Source of the DNA: a virus
Taxonomy: Duplodnaviria; Caudoviricetes
IMG/VR virus record: IMGVR_UViG_3300033076_000628
Span: 1 to 42,520 of that record
Length of the DNA: 42,520 nt
Reading direction: 5' to 3' (one strand)
A model generated the notes under the pieces. The model was given only the letters and a program-made list of their open reading frames with translations, had not been told where the DNA came from and ran no database searches. Positions within the stretch are counted from its first letter, which is position 1. Each line of letters opens with the position of its first letter. Positions 1 through 10,139 of the stretch are shown here, in pieces. The position numbers and the translations under genes are program-made.

Positions 1-15
1 CCTTACGACTTTTAC

Positions 16-1668
16 ATGACGCGCATGATCCGCGATATGGAGAACACGCAGGCAGAATTCAGGGTGGTTAAAGGAAATTCCATATTCACTTTTGCTATAC
101 CTACAGCAGACACCATCGAACCTAGAGCGTGCCTAAAAGTACTAGCGAAGAACAACGTAATAGCCGCGCACTCGTCGTTGGACCTGCACCTATACCAATA
201 TGCGCGCCAGAGCGTACTAGCAGCGAGCGCTGCGGGTGAAGAGACTGTTGTGCCGCCACGCTTCGGATGGCAACCTGACGGTAGTTTCGCAGTGCATGAT
301 ACGGTGTATAGTGCGGAGTCTACTGACAAAAACTACAAGTTCGCTTCCGAGAGGCTCGGTAATGTTGTTAGCGCAACGATACCGTCAGGAAACTTAAACG
401 ACTGGCGCGATGTGTTTGAGATGATGCGCAGGAAAGCTGCAGCAGATTCTGTTATCTGGGGGCATCTAGCTGCCGCAGGCGTTGGGTTTGGATCGATACT
501 CATGCAGTTCACGCCACACGGCAGCCGCGCTGCCGTGCTACACGCTTGTAGCCGAGATTCTGGTGCTGGTAAAACACTTGCGCAAGCCATGGCTATATCG
601 ATATGGGGAGACACAAACCGTTATCTGGTGGCCCCATCTACGGCAGAACGCACAATGATGCAGCGCGCAGGGTTGTTGGGCAGTCTTCCTCTGGCTGTTG
701 ATGAGATCACAAGCAAGAACCGCGCGCTGGTTATGGAGTGGCTACCTAGCTTTATTTTCGATTACGCCGCAGGCATGCACAAGATCAAAGGCAGCGCCTC
801 TGCAAATGCGGAAGTAGCCCACGAAATGATCTGGGCAGCTATTGCTTTCATCACGTCTAATACGCCGGGGCTGGAGGCTATGATGGGCGCAAGAAAGCAC
901 ACATCTGAAGGTGAAGCAAGAAGGCATCTTGAGTGGTGCCTGCCTCCGGGATACTCAATGAAGTGGACCGAGGAAGAGAACGCAATACGCGCAAAGCTAG
1001 CGCACAATACAGGTGTTGCAGGCCCCGTGTTCGCAGCGTGGTGCGCGCGCAATATATCGACAGTGCAGTTCGTCATGCAGCAAGTTACGGAACACTGGAA
1101 GAAAGTCTCCGGGGCTACAGATGATGAGCGTTTCTGGACTGCTATGGTAGTGTCTGTTGTGTCCGGGTACATACTAGCGGGTGACAAATACGCCGGTATC
1201 GTCAATATCCCCACACCGCCAATAATGGACTTCTTCCTACGGCTTGTTGTGCGCCAAAGACGCATAATTGCAGGCAACCAAAAATCTGCTATGGACGTAC
1301 TGAATGCATACACCGCAGAACACATGGGTTGTTTCATAAAGACAGAGGGAAGCCAAGTTATGCAGCACCTTGTCGGCGGCGCAGCTATTCAGCCGAGCAG
1401 CGCTAAAAACACAGTTCGTGGGCGCATAGAGTACAACGTATCTCCTGGATATGTGGACTACTACATCGAGGTGCGGCTGCTTAAACTACATTGCGCAGAC
1501 AACGGTATGGGCTACGAATCTTTTGTGTCGGAGCTGTCCAATTTTGTTACGTTGTCGCCTTGTAAAAAGAACTTACTGGCGGGTACAAAAGGACCAGAGA
1601 TGCGTGTGCCTTGCCTCCGCATAAACAGGCCAATTGAAGATGTTGAAGCGGAAGAAAAAAATGCGTAG
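16..1668 (+). CDS. DUF927-type primase/helicase, P-loop NTPase C-terminal part (probably 5'-truncated by the window)
   Basis: Walker A SRDSGAGKT, Walker B-like LAVDE, FGWQ motif typical of phage DUF927 replication proteins; 550-aa ORF starting at the window edge. Confidence 0.75.
   Translation: MTRMIRDMENTQAEFRVVKGNSIFTFAIPTADTIEPRACLKVLAKNNVIAAHSSLDLHLYQYARQSVLAASAAGEETVVPPRFGWQPDGSFAVHDTVYSAESTDKNYKFASERLGNVVSATIPSGNLNDWRDVFEMMRRKAAADSVIWGHLAAAGVGFGSILMQFTPHGSRAAVLHACSRDSGAGKTLAQAMAISIWGDTNRYLVAPSTAERTMMQRAGLLGSLPLAVDEITSKNRALVMEWLPSFIFDYAAGMHKIKGSASANAEVAHEMIWAAIAFITSNTPGLEAMMGARKHTSEGEARRHLEWCLPPGYSMKWTEEENAIRAKLAHNTGVAGPVFAAWCARNISTVQFVMQQVTEHWKKVSGATDDERFWTAMVVSVVSGYILAGDKYAGIVNIPTPPIMDFFLRLVVRQRRIIAGNQKSAMDVLNAYTAEHMGCFIKTEGSQVMQHLVGGAAIQPSSAKNTVRGRIEYNVSPGYVDYYIEVRLLKLHCADNGMGYESFVSELSNFVTLSPCKKNLLAGTKGPEMRVPCLRINRPIEDVEAEEKNA
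1639..1662 (+). repeat. 24-bp direct repeat, left copy, flanking the methyltransferase
   Basis: GATGTTGAAGCGGAAGAAAAAAAT; 23/24 identical to 2372-2395. Confidence 0.9.
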
Positions 1669-2401
1669 CAATTTGTATTTTGGAGATTGCATACAGATAA
1701 TGCAAACACTGCCGTCCGCCTCTATCGATATGATACTCTGCGATTTACCGTACGGAACTACGCAGTGTCGGTGGGATACCCCAATAGACCTAAGCCTGCT
1801 TTGGAAAGAATACAAGAGAGTAGCCAAAACAAATGCCGCAGTTGTTCTTTTTGCACAAACACCGTTCGATAAAGTTCTTGGCGCTAGTAATTTAGAGTAT
1901 CTGAGATATGAATGGGTATGGGAGAAAACACGCCCCACAGGGCATCTCAATGCTAGGAAAATGCCGATGAAAGCACACGAGAACGTGCTTGTTTTTTATA
2001 AGAAACCGCCTACATACAACCCACAAAAAACACACGGTCACACACGTAAGACCGCCACAAAAACAAAAGATTGTTCACATGTATACGGCACGCAAGTTTT
2101 CGACACACTGCACTATGATTCAACAACTAGGTATCCAAGAAGCGTGTTGTGTTTTGCCAGTGATACACAAAAAACAGCGCTGCACCCAACGCAGAAACCC
2201 GTAGCGCTGTGTAAGTATTTTATTGAGACATACAGTAATGTAGAAAGTGTGGTGCTAGATAACTGTATGGGCAGTGGTACGTCTGGTGTTGCTTGTGTAC
2301 AAACAAACAGGCGATTTATTGGTATAGAGAAAGACGAAACGTATTTCAATATAGCTAAAAAAAGAATAGCCGATGCTGAAGCGGAAGAAAAAAATAGTTA
2401 A
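1661..2401 (+). CDS. DNA N6-adenine/N4-cytosine methyltransferase, beta-class motif order (alternative start ATG 1640)
   Basis: Catalytic CDLPY precedes HPTQKP and SAM-binding LDNCMGSGTSG; GIEKDETYF. Confidence 0.93.
   Translation: MRSNLYFGDCIQIMQTLPSASIDMILCDLPYGTTQCRWDTPIDLSLLWKEYKRVAKTNAAVVLFAQTPFDKVLGASNLEYLRYEWVWEKTRPTGHLNARKMPMKAHENVLVFYKKPPTYNPQKTHGHTRKTATKTKDCSHVYGTQVFDTLHYDSTTRYPRSVLCFASDTQKTALHPTQKPVALCKYFIETYSNVESVVLDNCMGSGTSGVACVQTNRRFIGIEKDETYFNIAKKRIADAEAEEKNS
2372..2395 (+). repeat. 24-bp direct repeat, right copy
   Basis: GATGCTGAAGCGGAAGAAAAAAAT. Confidence 0.9.
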
Positions 2402-2600
2402 GGAGTTCCCCTGGTGGCGGTGCAAGCCAGGGGAATCGTTCTTCGTGCCTACGCTAGACCCGCACACCGTTGCGCTTGATGGGGTTAAGGCTGCGGTAGA
2501 CCAACTAGGGTCTTACACCCCACACAGATACAAAATAGGAATCTATGCAGGGTACCTAGGAGTTCTATTCACCGTGCCAGCGAAGCGACGGCCTGATTAA
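2373..2600 (+). CDS. small phage protein, possibly DNA-binding
   Basis: FPWxxxxPGESFFVP motif recalled from small phage proteins; last + strand gene, converges on the late operon. Confidence 0.65.
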   Translation: MLKRKKKIVKEFPWWRCKPGESFFVPTLDPHTVALDGVKAAVDQLGSYTPHRYKIGIYAGYLGVLFTVPAKRRPD

Positions 2601-5600
2601 ACATCTTGGCAAAGTCATTGCGTTGTTGCTCTAGGGTGTCCAGTCGCGCGCGCAGCGCCTCCGGATCTTTTACCGTTCTGCGCAGAGCTTCTTCGGCCTT
2701 GCTAAACGCGGACATTTGCGTAGTAAATCTCTTGGCAAGCTCAGGAGACGCAATAACAACCGTTGCATTTTCTTTGAACTCTGCTGCCGCCGCAACCCGC
2801 CCTTCTTTGAGCATTTTCTGATAGGTGTTAGCGGCTTCTTCAAGTGCCTGTGCTTGCGCGTACGCTAGATCTGCAGGGCCACCGCCGTATTTACGCTGGA
2901 AGAGTGAACCAAACACAGGAGTATCACTGCCCCGCGCCGCAGGCTCCGTCTTCTGGGCGTCCGCATCGGCAAAGACACTGTTAACCATACGCGCAACAAT
3001 AACAGGAAGCTGCCCTAGGTAGCCGTTGGCTAGGTGCTCTATCTGCAGCGGAGACAGTTTCACCGCTTCTAGCGGCTGCTGCGCCAGCGCACTGGACAGG
3101 CTCTTAGCTAGTTCCGATGTAGTCTTACCGAAACGCTCTTGCGGCGCTAGTTTCTGCTGTTGTGGAGACTCGATAGTGCGACCTGTATACCAGTTGCTGT
3201 TGGACATTACTTCGAGCGCAGGGCGCGCAAGCTGGGGCACCCCGTACGACCCACTACCGGGTATTTGCTGAACTAGCATCTGCTTAGTGGCGTCCCACTC
3301 CTGCTTACCGAAGTTTCCTTTGATGGCGTCCAACAACGCTTCCGGGATGGCTTTGAACAACACGCCGACCTCAAAAGGTATCGGCAGTTTTATGTGCTCC
3401 CCGCCTGTTGGGTTAGGTAAGATGAAGTTCCCGTAGCGATCCCGCGCCCGTGCGTTGCGGTATGTTTCGTCGTCATCCATAGCTGCGGAGTACATCAATG
3501 TCATTGCGGCCAGCACCAGCGCACGATTCATGAACTTTTGCTTGATCTTCAGCTTTTCTTCCAACGGCATCTGCCCCTTGTACGCTTTGTACAGGACATT
3601 CAGACCTTGTATCTGCGCATTGAAGAAAGGGATCATGCGCGAAGCGTACTGAACAGTGGGGCTTATCCCGCGCTTATTGAAGTTCATCATCTCCATGGTA
3701 GCAAGCTCGGCCTCCATTTCTGGCATGCCCTTCTTTATGGCGTCTGCATAGAGCTGCGCACGGGTTGCCCCATCCGCTTTCATAGCCGCAGCGTCCCATC
3801 CAGCAATGAATTTCTGGTACGCAGACTGATCCCCGGTCGCTAGCTGCAGCCCGAACTTAGCCATGTCGTCCGGATCACCAGTGAATATGTTGCTATGTAC
3901 AACGCCCTTCTTTAATAGGGCCTTGGCAGGCTCACTCGTACCGGCCATTTGCTTACCGAATTCGGACACACTTTTGAACACGGCAGTAACAGGACCGGCG
4001 TCTAAACCACCAGTAAACGACGCTGCCATAGGATCACGCACCAACTGCCGTGCAATATACATCGGGTTCCGAGTAACGCCAGAGCGCAGCACATCACCAA
4101 ACCATCCGGCCACACGCAAGAATGCAGGCATCACTGCAAACGATCCTTCCAAACTCTGCGCTAGCATGTCAGAAGGAATCCCCTCCACCGCGGTGCCCGT
4201 AGTGTCTATAACAACATGGCGCGCGCCATCATCTCCAGGCACTTTCGGATCGGGCTCCTGATTGAAGCGAACTACGTGCGGGCTGTTACCGCCGTCGCCG
4301 CGACGAATTTGCATGACCTTGGCATCTTTGCCGATAGACTGCAACGCATAAGCCACGTCCTTGGTAGCCATGTTACGCATCGCCATATCGGTGAGGAGCA
4401 TCGTGTTCCTGATAAGCGCATCATTGAGCGGTAGTAGTTTCTGGTCTCCACCTTTGAGCTCTTGCAAATACGGTTGCGTACGAATATTCCCTACGGGCAG
4501 CGTCTTGCCCTCGCCAAGAACAAGTTCCGCAGACCCACTACCCTGCACACGGTAGAACGGCACATAATCACCATGCTCACTCAGCTTCGCCGCTTCTGCT
4601 TTGGATATCTTGCCACTCTGTGCCAAGAAGTTTATCAACCCCTTGTTGTACTCGTTATATAGCTTGCTGACTTCCTCTAGCGCGCTCTTCATAACCGGGT
4701 CTGCGTTCACCTCGCGCATCATGTCCTTACCCTGCTGCTCAAGCGCAGCGACATTACTGGGATCAAACCCAAGCTTATCCCAACCAACACGTTCAGCGCG
4801 TTTAGCGGTAAGATACACCTGTGCAGCGGCCATTTTCGCAGGACCATCTTTGCCCGGTAATTTCCCTACGGCTTCAAATATCTCTTTTGCACTCGGCCCG
4901 TTACCTGCCTCAATGATGGTGTTGCCTGCCGCGTCTTTCTTTGCCTGCAAAGGTCCTTCGGCAAGCGCTGCGTAGGTATGCCCCATGCGGTTGTCCGCTT
5001 TACGGATAAGGTACGCGGCCTGTGCCGCCTTCTTGGCTCCTGCAGCTCCCAGCGCCTTCATTATTGGCGCACGCATATCCACCGCAGCCATCTCAAAAGA
5101 CAGCCCTAGATTACTGTCCATACGTTCTTTAAACGTCTTCGGTTTCGATATCAGCTTTTCAGCAAGTGCTTGTGTAGCTGATCGCCCTATACTAGCTGCA
5201 GTAGAATTACGGAGTGTTGTTAGCGGACGTGACGGCTGCATCAGCCGCTCTACCAAAGCACGTGCTTTATCTGTTTGGGTAGGTCCGCTCGTGAAGCCTA
5301 GCAGTTTGAGTACACTTTCCTTGAATCTCTGCCACAACGTCTTTGGTTTACCCAATGCATCTAGTTTGGCTTGCAGATTCGGGTTAGACAGCACTTCCGC
5401 TGCAAACTCACGCACATTATGGATAGGCTCCCCCCTGAATTCTGGGCGAGACGCGACTGCCTGCCGCAACCCTTCCAACTCTCTCTTTGCGGCGCGTTGC
5501 TCTATCGAAAGACGCTCTTCCGGAAGTAATAGTGCCGCGTCTGTGGCAGCATGCACCAGCTCGTGTAGTGTGTCTTCTTCAGTAAGACCTTCCGAATGCA

Positions 5601-7953
5601 GCGTTACCGTATTCGTGCGTGGCTCGTACAAACCAGACACAGACTCGCCTTTGTATTGCACTTTGTCGTCCACATACATACGCACGTTGGCCGCATACGA
5701 AAGCAATTTGGACGCTACGGAACGCACAGTAGGCGTGGAGCCGCGTGCAGCGATATCCTGTAAAACAGACCGCGCATCGCCTTTCTTTGCCGCAGCCTTA
5801 ACTGTCTCTGGTAGTGGCGTAGATACCCGTTCAGCTATTTCACGTTTGATCGACGGTGCCTTTTCTTGCACCTGCGCCTTCTTAAGCCGCATTGTCTGCT
5901 TCTTTGCTGCAACCTGCGGCATCGGCGTATTTTGTACCGTGGTGGGCAAAACGGGCTTTTGGGCCATTTCTGCAGTAGGCGCTACTGTTTTTGTAGCTAC
6001 CGGGCCTTGTTCTATAGGGGCCGGCAACGGTGGCACTGCATCCTGCACGGCGGTGGACTTTGCCATATTTTCGGCAGTAAACAGCCCTGGATTCTGCGTT
6101 TTAAGCGCATCTAGTTTCTTGGACAACCGCTCGATAGCGTCCACATCTCCGGACTCCCCTGCCTGCTGCAGCTTCTTCTGTGTCTGCGCATACTGTTTGT
6201 TAAGTGCGTCATCCACGGGAGCGGCTTGTGCTGTACGTGGAAGTTGTGCGATCTCTTTTTGCGCTTGCTTGAGCGCGGTGTCTATCTTGCGGAACTGCTG
6301 CGCCTCTTGTTGGGCAGTGGCTGTGTCGCCAGCGCGGGCCGCAGTGGCTACCTTGTCTCTTTGTTGCTCAAGCGCATCGGTCAGCCCAGATATTGCACGA
6401 GTTAGCGCATCTCTGCGGGCTGCGATGTCCACAGGCTGAACGGGAGCGGTGGGTGCTTGTACAGGAGCTCCGAGCAAATTCTTATCAGGTTCTGTAGGTA
6501 CAGGCGCATTCGGAAATAGCCCGGTTTCCGGCGTTGGTTGTGCTTCTGCTGCGCGCGCAGTTGTTTCTGCTTGTGCCTTGGCAGCTTCGGCTTGCTGTGC
6601 ATCCAACACGGGTTTAACCTGCAGGTACTCCTCTGCGGCAGGGCGTAATGTTTCCTGCTCGTACGTTTTAAGGGCTTCCTGTGCCTGCTCCGCCTGTAGT
6701 TTCTCCGCCATAGTGGCATCTTTGCTCACCTTGGCGGCTTCTTTCATTTGAGCGTACTGTGCTTCTGCAGCTTGATACGCTTGTGCTACTTCTGCGGCGT
6801 ATGCAGGATCTTGTAGCTTGGTCTGTCTCGCGGCCTCTTCTTGTGCTTGTTGTACTTGCGCGGCTTGTGCCTGCGCTGCGCGTTGTTGCTCTTCCTCTTG
6901 TGCTCGTGCGCGTTCGCCGACACCCGCGCTATGGTACCCCGCAGCACCCCCCATTATTCCGCCAAGAAGGCCTGCCTGCCCGACTGCCGTACCGACACCC
7001 TGCATTATGTTTTGGTTCGGGTCCACCACCCCCATAGCCGCATTCTGCGCCAGCTGCCCGCCACCTTCCTCAACAGCTTCACTTATGCCCTCGCCAAGAA
7101 CACCCTTGCCGATACCCGCCAAACGTCCTGCAGTGCCAGGAGTGCCAGCAAATGCCTTTTCCAAAGAACGCGCGCCGGGTAAGCGTTGTGACAGATAGGA
7201 TATGACCGCGCCAGATGCGCCCGCGCTGCGTGCCAGAGTCAGTGCTTGACTAGCTGCTTCTTCAGGAGACTTACCCTCAGAGATGAGTTTTTTGTACACA
7301 TCTTCGTAGGTTTGCCCGCCCACCTGTGCGCCTTGCTGCGTCACTCCCATACCTACTGCGGCGGCTTCCGCACGCTTCCGCAGTGTCTCTTGCGCGGCTT
7401 TCAGCGCTGCTGCACGCGCTTCGCCCTCCAATCCTTCCTTGGCTACTTCTTGAGCTACCTTGCGCATCCCAAGCGCGACAGTACCTCTGGCGATACCGAA
7501 TCCGGGTAGTAAATTGACTACGTTTTCCGCCAGAAAATTTCCCAAAAGCGCGGGGTCTTTGAAAGTAGTGGATACGGCAGTGCCTACTTCCGGAAGAAAG
7601 CCTTCCTTGGCGGACTGTTGAATAGCCTCGCTTTGTGCCTGCTGCCTTGCTTTTAGCCCCGCAGATTGCTTTGACTTAGCGTATTCGGATATTGCCTGCC
7701 CCATTTTATTGAGGCTAGTATCCATATCTCCGGTAGCCAGTCCGTACAACTGTGCGGGAAACTGAACCAAAGAACCAACACCAGAAAGCGCGCTATAACC
7801 TAAATCTGCGGTTGATGTCTGCGGTTTTCCGGGGGTGCCCGCTTCCGGATTCTGTGCAAGTACCGCCTGTATAACCTGCTCTTGAGATGCCCCAGCAGGC
7901 CCCTCTATCTCGTACGTACGTCCGTTAGGGGCTTGAATGCTGTATGTAGGCAT
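2569..7953 (-). CDS. large internal virion/ejection (polyvalent) protein with a zincin-like HExxH domain and an LPD38-like C-terminus
   Basis: 1794 aa; Ala/Gln-rich coiled N-half; GLYEP...EDTLHELVHAAT...EFAAE; C-terminal PFFNAQIQG...KLPIPFEVG...SPLQIEHL; last gene of the structural operon. Confidence 0.8.
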   Translation of the reverse strand: MPTYSIQAPNGRTYEIEGPAGASQEQVIQAVLAQNPEAGTPGKPQTSTADLGYSALSGVGSLVQFPAQLYGLATGDMDTSLNKMGQAISEYAKSKQSAGLKARQQAQSEAIQQSAKEGFLPEVGTAVSTTFKDPALLGNFLAENVVNLLPGFGIARGTVALGMRKVAQEVAKEGLEGEARAAALKAAQETLRKRAEAAAVGMGVTQQGAQVGGQTYEDVYKKLISEGKSPEEAASQALTLARSAGASGAVISYLSQRLPGARSLEKAFAGTPGTAGRLAGIGKGVLGEGISEAVEEGGGQLAQNAAMGVVDPNQNIMQGVGTAVGQAGLLGGIMGGAAGYHSAGVGERARAQEEEQQRAAQAQAAQVQQAQEEAARQTKLQDPAYAAEVAQAYQAAEAQYAQMKEAAKVSKDATMAEKLQAEQAQEALKTYEQETLRPAAEEYLQVKPVLDAQQAEAAKAQAETTARAAEAQPTPETGLFPNAPVPTEPDKNLLGAPVQAPTAPVQPVDIAARRDALTRAISGLTDALEQQRDKVATAARAGDTATAQQEAQQFRKIDTALKQAQKEIAQLPRTAQAAPVDDALNKQYAQTQKKLQQAGESGDVDAIERLSKKLDALKTQNPGLFTAENMAKSTAVQDAVPPLPAPIEQGPVATKTVAPTAEMAQKPVLPTTVQNTPMPQVAAKKQTMRLKKAQVQEKAPSIKREIAERVSTPLPETVKAAAKKGDARSVLQDIAARGSTPTVRSVASKLLSYAANVRMYVDDKVQYKGESVSGLYEPRTNTVTLHSEGLTEEDTLHELVHAATDAALLLPEERLSIEQRAAKRELEGLRQAVASRPEFRGEPIHNVREFAAEVLSNPNLQAKLDALGKPKTLWQRFKESVLKLLGFTSGPTQTDKARALVERLMQPSRPLTTLRNSTAASIGRSATQALAEKLISKPKTFKERMDSNLGLSFEMAAVDMRAPIMKALGAAGAKKAAQAAYLIRKADNRMGHTYAALAEGPLQAKKDAAGNTIIEAGNGPSAKEIFEAVGKLPGKDGPAKMAAAQVYLTAKRAERVGWDKLGFDPSNVAALEQQGKDMMREVNADPVMKSALEEVSKLYNEYNKGLINFLAQSGKISKAEAAKLSEHGDYVPFYRVQGSGSAELVLGEGKTLPVGNIRTQPYLQELKGGDQKLLPLNDALIRNTMLLTDMAMRNMATKDVAYALQSIGKDAKVMQIRRGDGGNSPHVVRFNQEPDPKVPGDDGARHVVIDTTGTAVEGIPSDMLAQSLEGSFAVMPAFLRVAGWFGDVLRSGVTRNPMYIARQLVRDPMAASFTGGLDAGPVTAVFKSVSEFGKQMAGTSEPAKALLKKGVVHSNIFTGDPDDMAKFGLQLATGDQSAYQKFIAGWDAAAMKADGATRAQLYADAIKKGMPEMEAELATMEMMNFNKRGISPTVQYASRMIPFFNAQIQGLNVLYKAYKGQMPLEEKLKIKQKFMNRALVLAAMTLMYSAAMDDDETYRNARARDRYGNFILPNPTGGEHIKLPIPFEVGVLFKAIPEALLDAIKGNFGKQEWDATKQMLVQQIPGSGSYGVPQLARPALEVMSNSNWYTGRTIESPQQQKLAPQERFGKTTSELAKSLSSALAQQPLEAVKLSPLQIEHLANGYLGQLPVIVARMVNSVFADADAQKTEPAARGSDTPVFGSLFQRKYGGGPADLAYAQAQALEEAANTYQKMLKEGRVAAAAEFKENATVVIASPELAKRFTTQMSAFSKAEEALRRTVKDPEALRARLDTLEQQRNDFAKMFNQAVASLAR

Positions 7954-7958
7954 GATCT

Positions 7959-10139
7959 CTAATTTTTAACTACTGGTTTCCCCCATCCGGCTGTGCTGGG
8001 GGCTGCGGTAGCAGACATTGTAACGCCACCGGGCTGATTTGCCATAGCATCATTTATCTCTTGCAGCGAATTAACAAGGGATGCATAAGCAGCAGGATCG
8101 GTATACTGCAGCATCGGGTTGGCCTTCATTTGCGCAACAATATTCGCTTGCTGCGCTTTAAGCGTTGCCAGATCTTTGTTGGTCCCCGTAGTACCGACAC
8201 GCCCACGCTGATATTCGCCTTGTTGATTGGCTTGTTGCTGTAGGATATCCAAGTGGCGTTGCTGATAGTCGCGTGTATTTTTTAACTCTTGAGATTTTTG
8301 GGTCAGTTGTGCTTCGGTAGCTTTCTCTGCACGGGCTTGTGCGTAGAGTTGTGTGGCGCGGTTTAAATCGCCAGAACGCTCCGCGCGTTGCGCTTGCATT
8401 AGCAGCATCTGTGAGTGCGTATTTGCCTTGAGTGCTTCTGCGTCTGCTTTCTGTGCGGCCTGATACGCGTCAAAACCTTGTGTAGCACCTTCCCCAATGC
8501 CCTGTATACCGTACGGAGACCTACTAGCGATCATGCCCAGCCCTGCACGAATCAACGCATTCTTAACATTTTCGTCTTTTTTGGCTGATAAGGCCGCGCG
8601 CTCATCAGAAAGCAGTTGTTTAAACGGTGCGTAGTCTGCATCCATACTGGACTTGTACTTGTCCGCGCCCTGCGACACAGCGCTAGCCATATCCTCGTAC
8701 GGCGTAGCTTTGAACGCAGGTTCTTCTATTTTCATGTCGGAACGACCTTGCGTGCCCGAAGTCTTTGTCTTACTTGACTTTCCGGAAGCGATTGACGCAA
8801 TACCCCCGCTCGGCACTTGAGGTGCTTGCGTAGTTGTACCTGTCGCACTGGTCGGTGTGGGTGCCCCCGCCGCTGAAGGCGCGGCTGCAGGAGCTGCAGT
8901 CTGTACATCCGGCTGTGCTTCTGTGTTGGCGCGTAGAAGGTCCGCCCTAGATCCTCTCGAAGTCTCGTCAGCGTATTTCTTAGGTTTGTCTACGCGCAAA
9001 AAATCAGCTACAGCTTGCACGCCCTTACCAACTCCACTCCCTATCTTGTCCCAATTTCTGCGTGCGTGCTCCATGATACTTTCACCGGGGAGGTACCCAT
9101 ACTCATCTTCTGTCTGCCCGCCATCCGCAAATGCAACAATACCCCCATCAGCGTACCCGGTTTCTGCTTGCGGAACACTAGCCAATCCACTAGACCGCAT
9201 TAGCGCACGACGCTGCATTTCCTGCTGTATGGCCTGCGGGTCATATTTGCCTAGTTTAGCTACTTGCTGCAACTGCGCGTCAGATAGTTGCGAAAGCATG
9301 GATCGTAGCTGCTGGTCATCTGGTACGCCACTGACAGCCCCGCCATCCGCATACCCCTCAGTTTCCCGAATAATCCCGCCTTCTGCCTTTAACAGACCTG
9401 CGGCAAGCGTGCCGAGCCCTGCAACTTGTGATAGCCCGCTAGGTGGTGCTTGATAGATAGATGAAGCCGAGCTTGTCCCGGGGATCCCGCGCAAAATATC
9501 AGACATGAATCCAATTTGCTTATACGGATTATTTTGTTGGTTAAGAAAATCCTGATACTGCTGTGCGAGTCTGTTTTGTTCGCTTTGTTGTTGCTGTGTG
9601 CCCAAAGCATTTTGTAACTTACCGACGTCCATTTGCTGTCCAATACCCTGACGGAATTGGTTACTAGCTTGATCGAATGCCGCCTGAGACCCTTTGGCTT
9701 GGATGTCGTTCATCTGCTGGCCTAGATTGCGTTCGCGCTCGGAACGCTCAATAGCGTCACGATAGCCACCAAACGCACCTGCTTGCGTAGCTTTTGCTTG
9801 CTGTCCAAGACCTTGAATATCTGACTGCCGCTGCGCTTCGCGCTTCTGTATGTCCACCACATTTTGCATGTATGGAGACATATACTGCTGTACGCCCGCA
9901 GAAAATCCGCCAGGACCTGCATCCAGACCCCCAACGCCTGTAGCAGCTTGTTTTTGTAGAGCTGTTTCGCCTGCCTGCCGCGCACCGCCATACGTTTGAT
10001 ATGGCGTGTTAGTAAGTGCCTGCGCTTTGCCGAGCAACGTCTCCATGTACGGCTGTGCGTACTCTGGAATGTTCGTGTTTGTTACTGTTTGCGAAGTTGG
10101 CGCAGCTCCGCCACCGCCACCGCCACCACCTAAGTCCAT
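7959..10139 (-). CDS. internal virion/ejection protein
   Basis: Gly-run N-terminus, YMSPYMQNVVD and AGAFGG motifs, Gln-rich helices, repeated xADGG motifs; lies before the largest ejection protein. Confidence 0.75.
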   Translation of the reverse strand: MDLGGGGGGGGAAPTSQTVTNTNIPEYAQPYMETLLGKAQALTNTPYQTYGGARQAGETALQKQAATGVGGLDAGPGGFSAGVQQYMSPYMQNVVDIQKREAQRQSDIQGLGQQAKATQAGAFGGYRDAIERSERERNLGQQMNDIQAKGSQAAFDQASNQFRQGIGQQMDVGKLQNALGTQQQQSEQNRLAQQYQDFLNQQNNPYKQIGFMSDILRGIPGTSSASSIYQAPPSGLSQVAGLGTLAAGLLKAEGGIIRETEGYADGGAVSGVPDDQQLRSMLSQLSDAQLQQVAKLGKYDPQAIQQEMQRRALMRSSGLASVPQAETGYADGGIVAFADGGQTEDEYGYLPGESIMEHARRNWDKIGSGVGKGVQAVADFLRVDKPKKYADETSRGSRADLLRANTEAQPDVQTAAPAAAPSAAGAPTPTSATGTTTQAPQVPSGGIASIASGKSSKTKTSGTQGRSDMKIEEPAFKATPYEDMASAVSQGADKYKSSMDADYAPFKQLLSDERAALSAKKDENVKNALIRAGLGMIASRSPYGIQGIGEGATQGFDAYQAAQKADAEALKANTHSQMLLMQAQRAERSGDLNRATQLYAQARAEKATEAQLTQKSQELKNTRDYQQRHLDILQQQANQQGEYQRGRVGTTGTNKDLATLKAQQANIVAQMKANPMLQYTDPAAYASLVNSLQEINDAMANQPGGVTMSATAAPSTAGWGKPVVKN

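Noticed and set aside
4985-6439. 484-aa + strand ORF and similar long ORFs (3863-4261, 8857-9453)
   Set aside because: Antisense shadows of Ala/Gln-rich - strand genes; Ser/Cys/Ala-biased, no RBS or motifs
10106-10130. GGC/GGT-type tandem repeat
   Set aside because: Encodes the poly-Gly N-terminus with mixed codons; not a contingency locus or array
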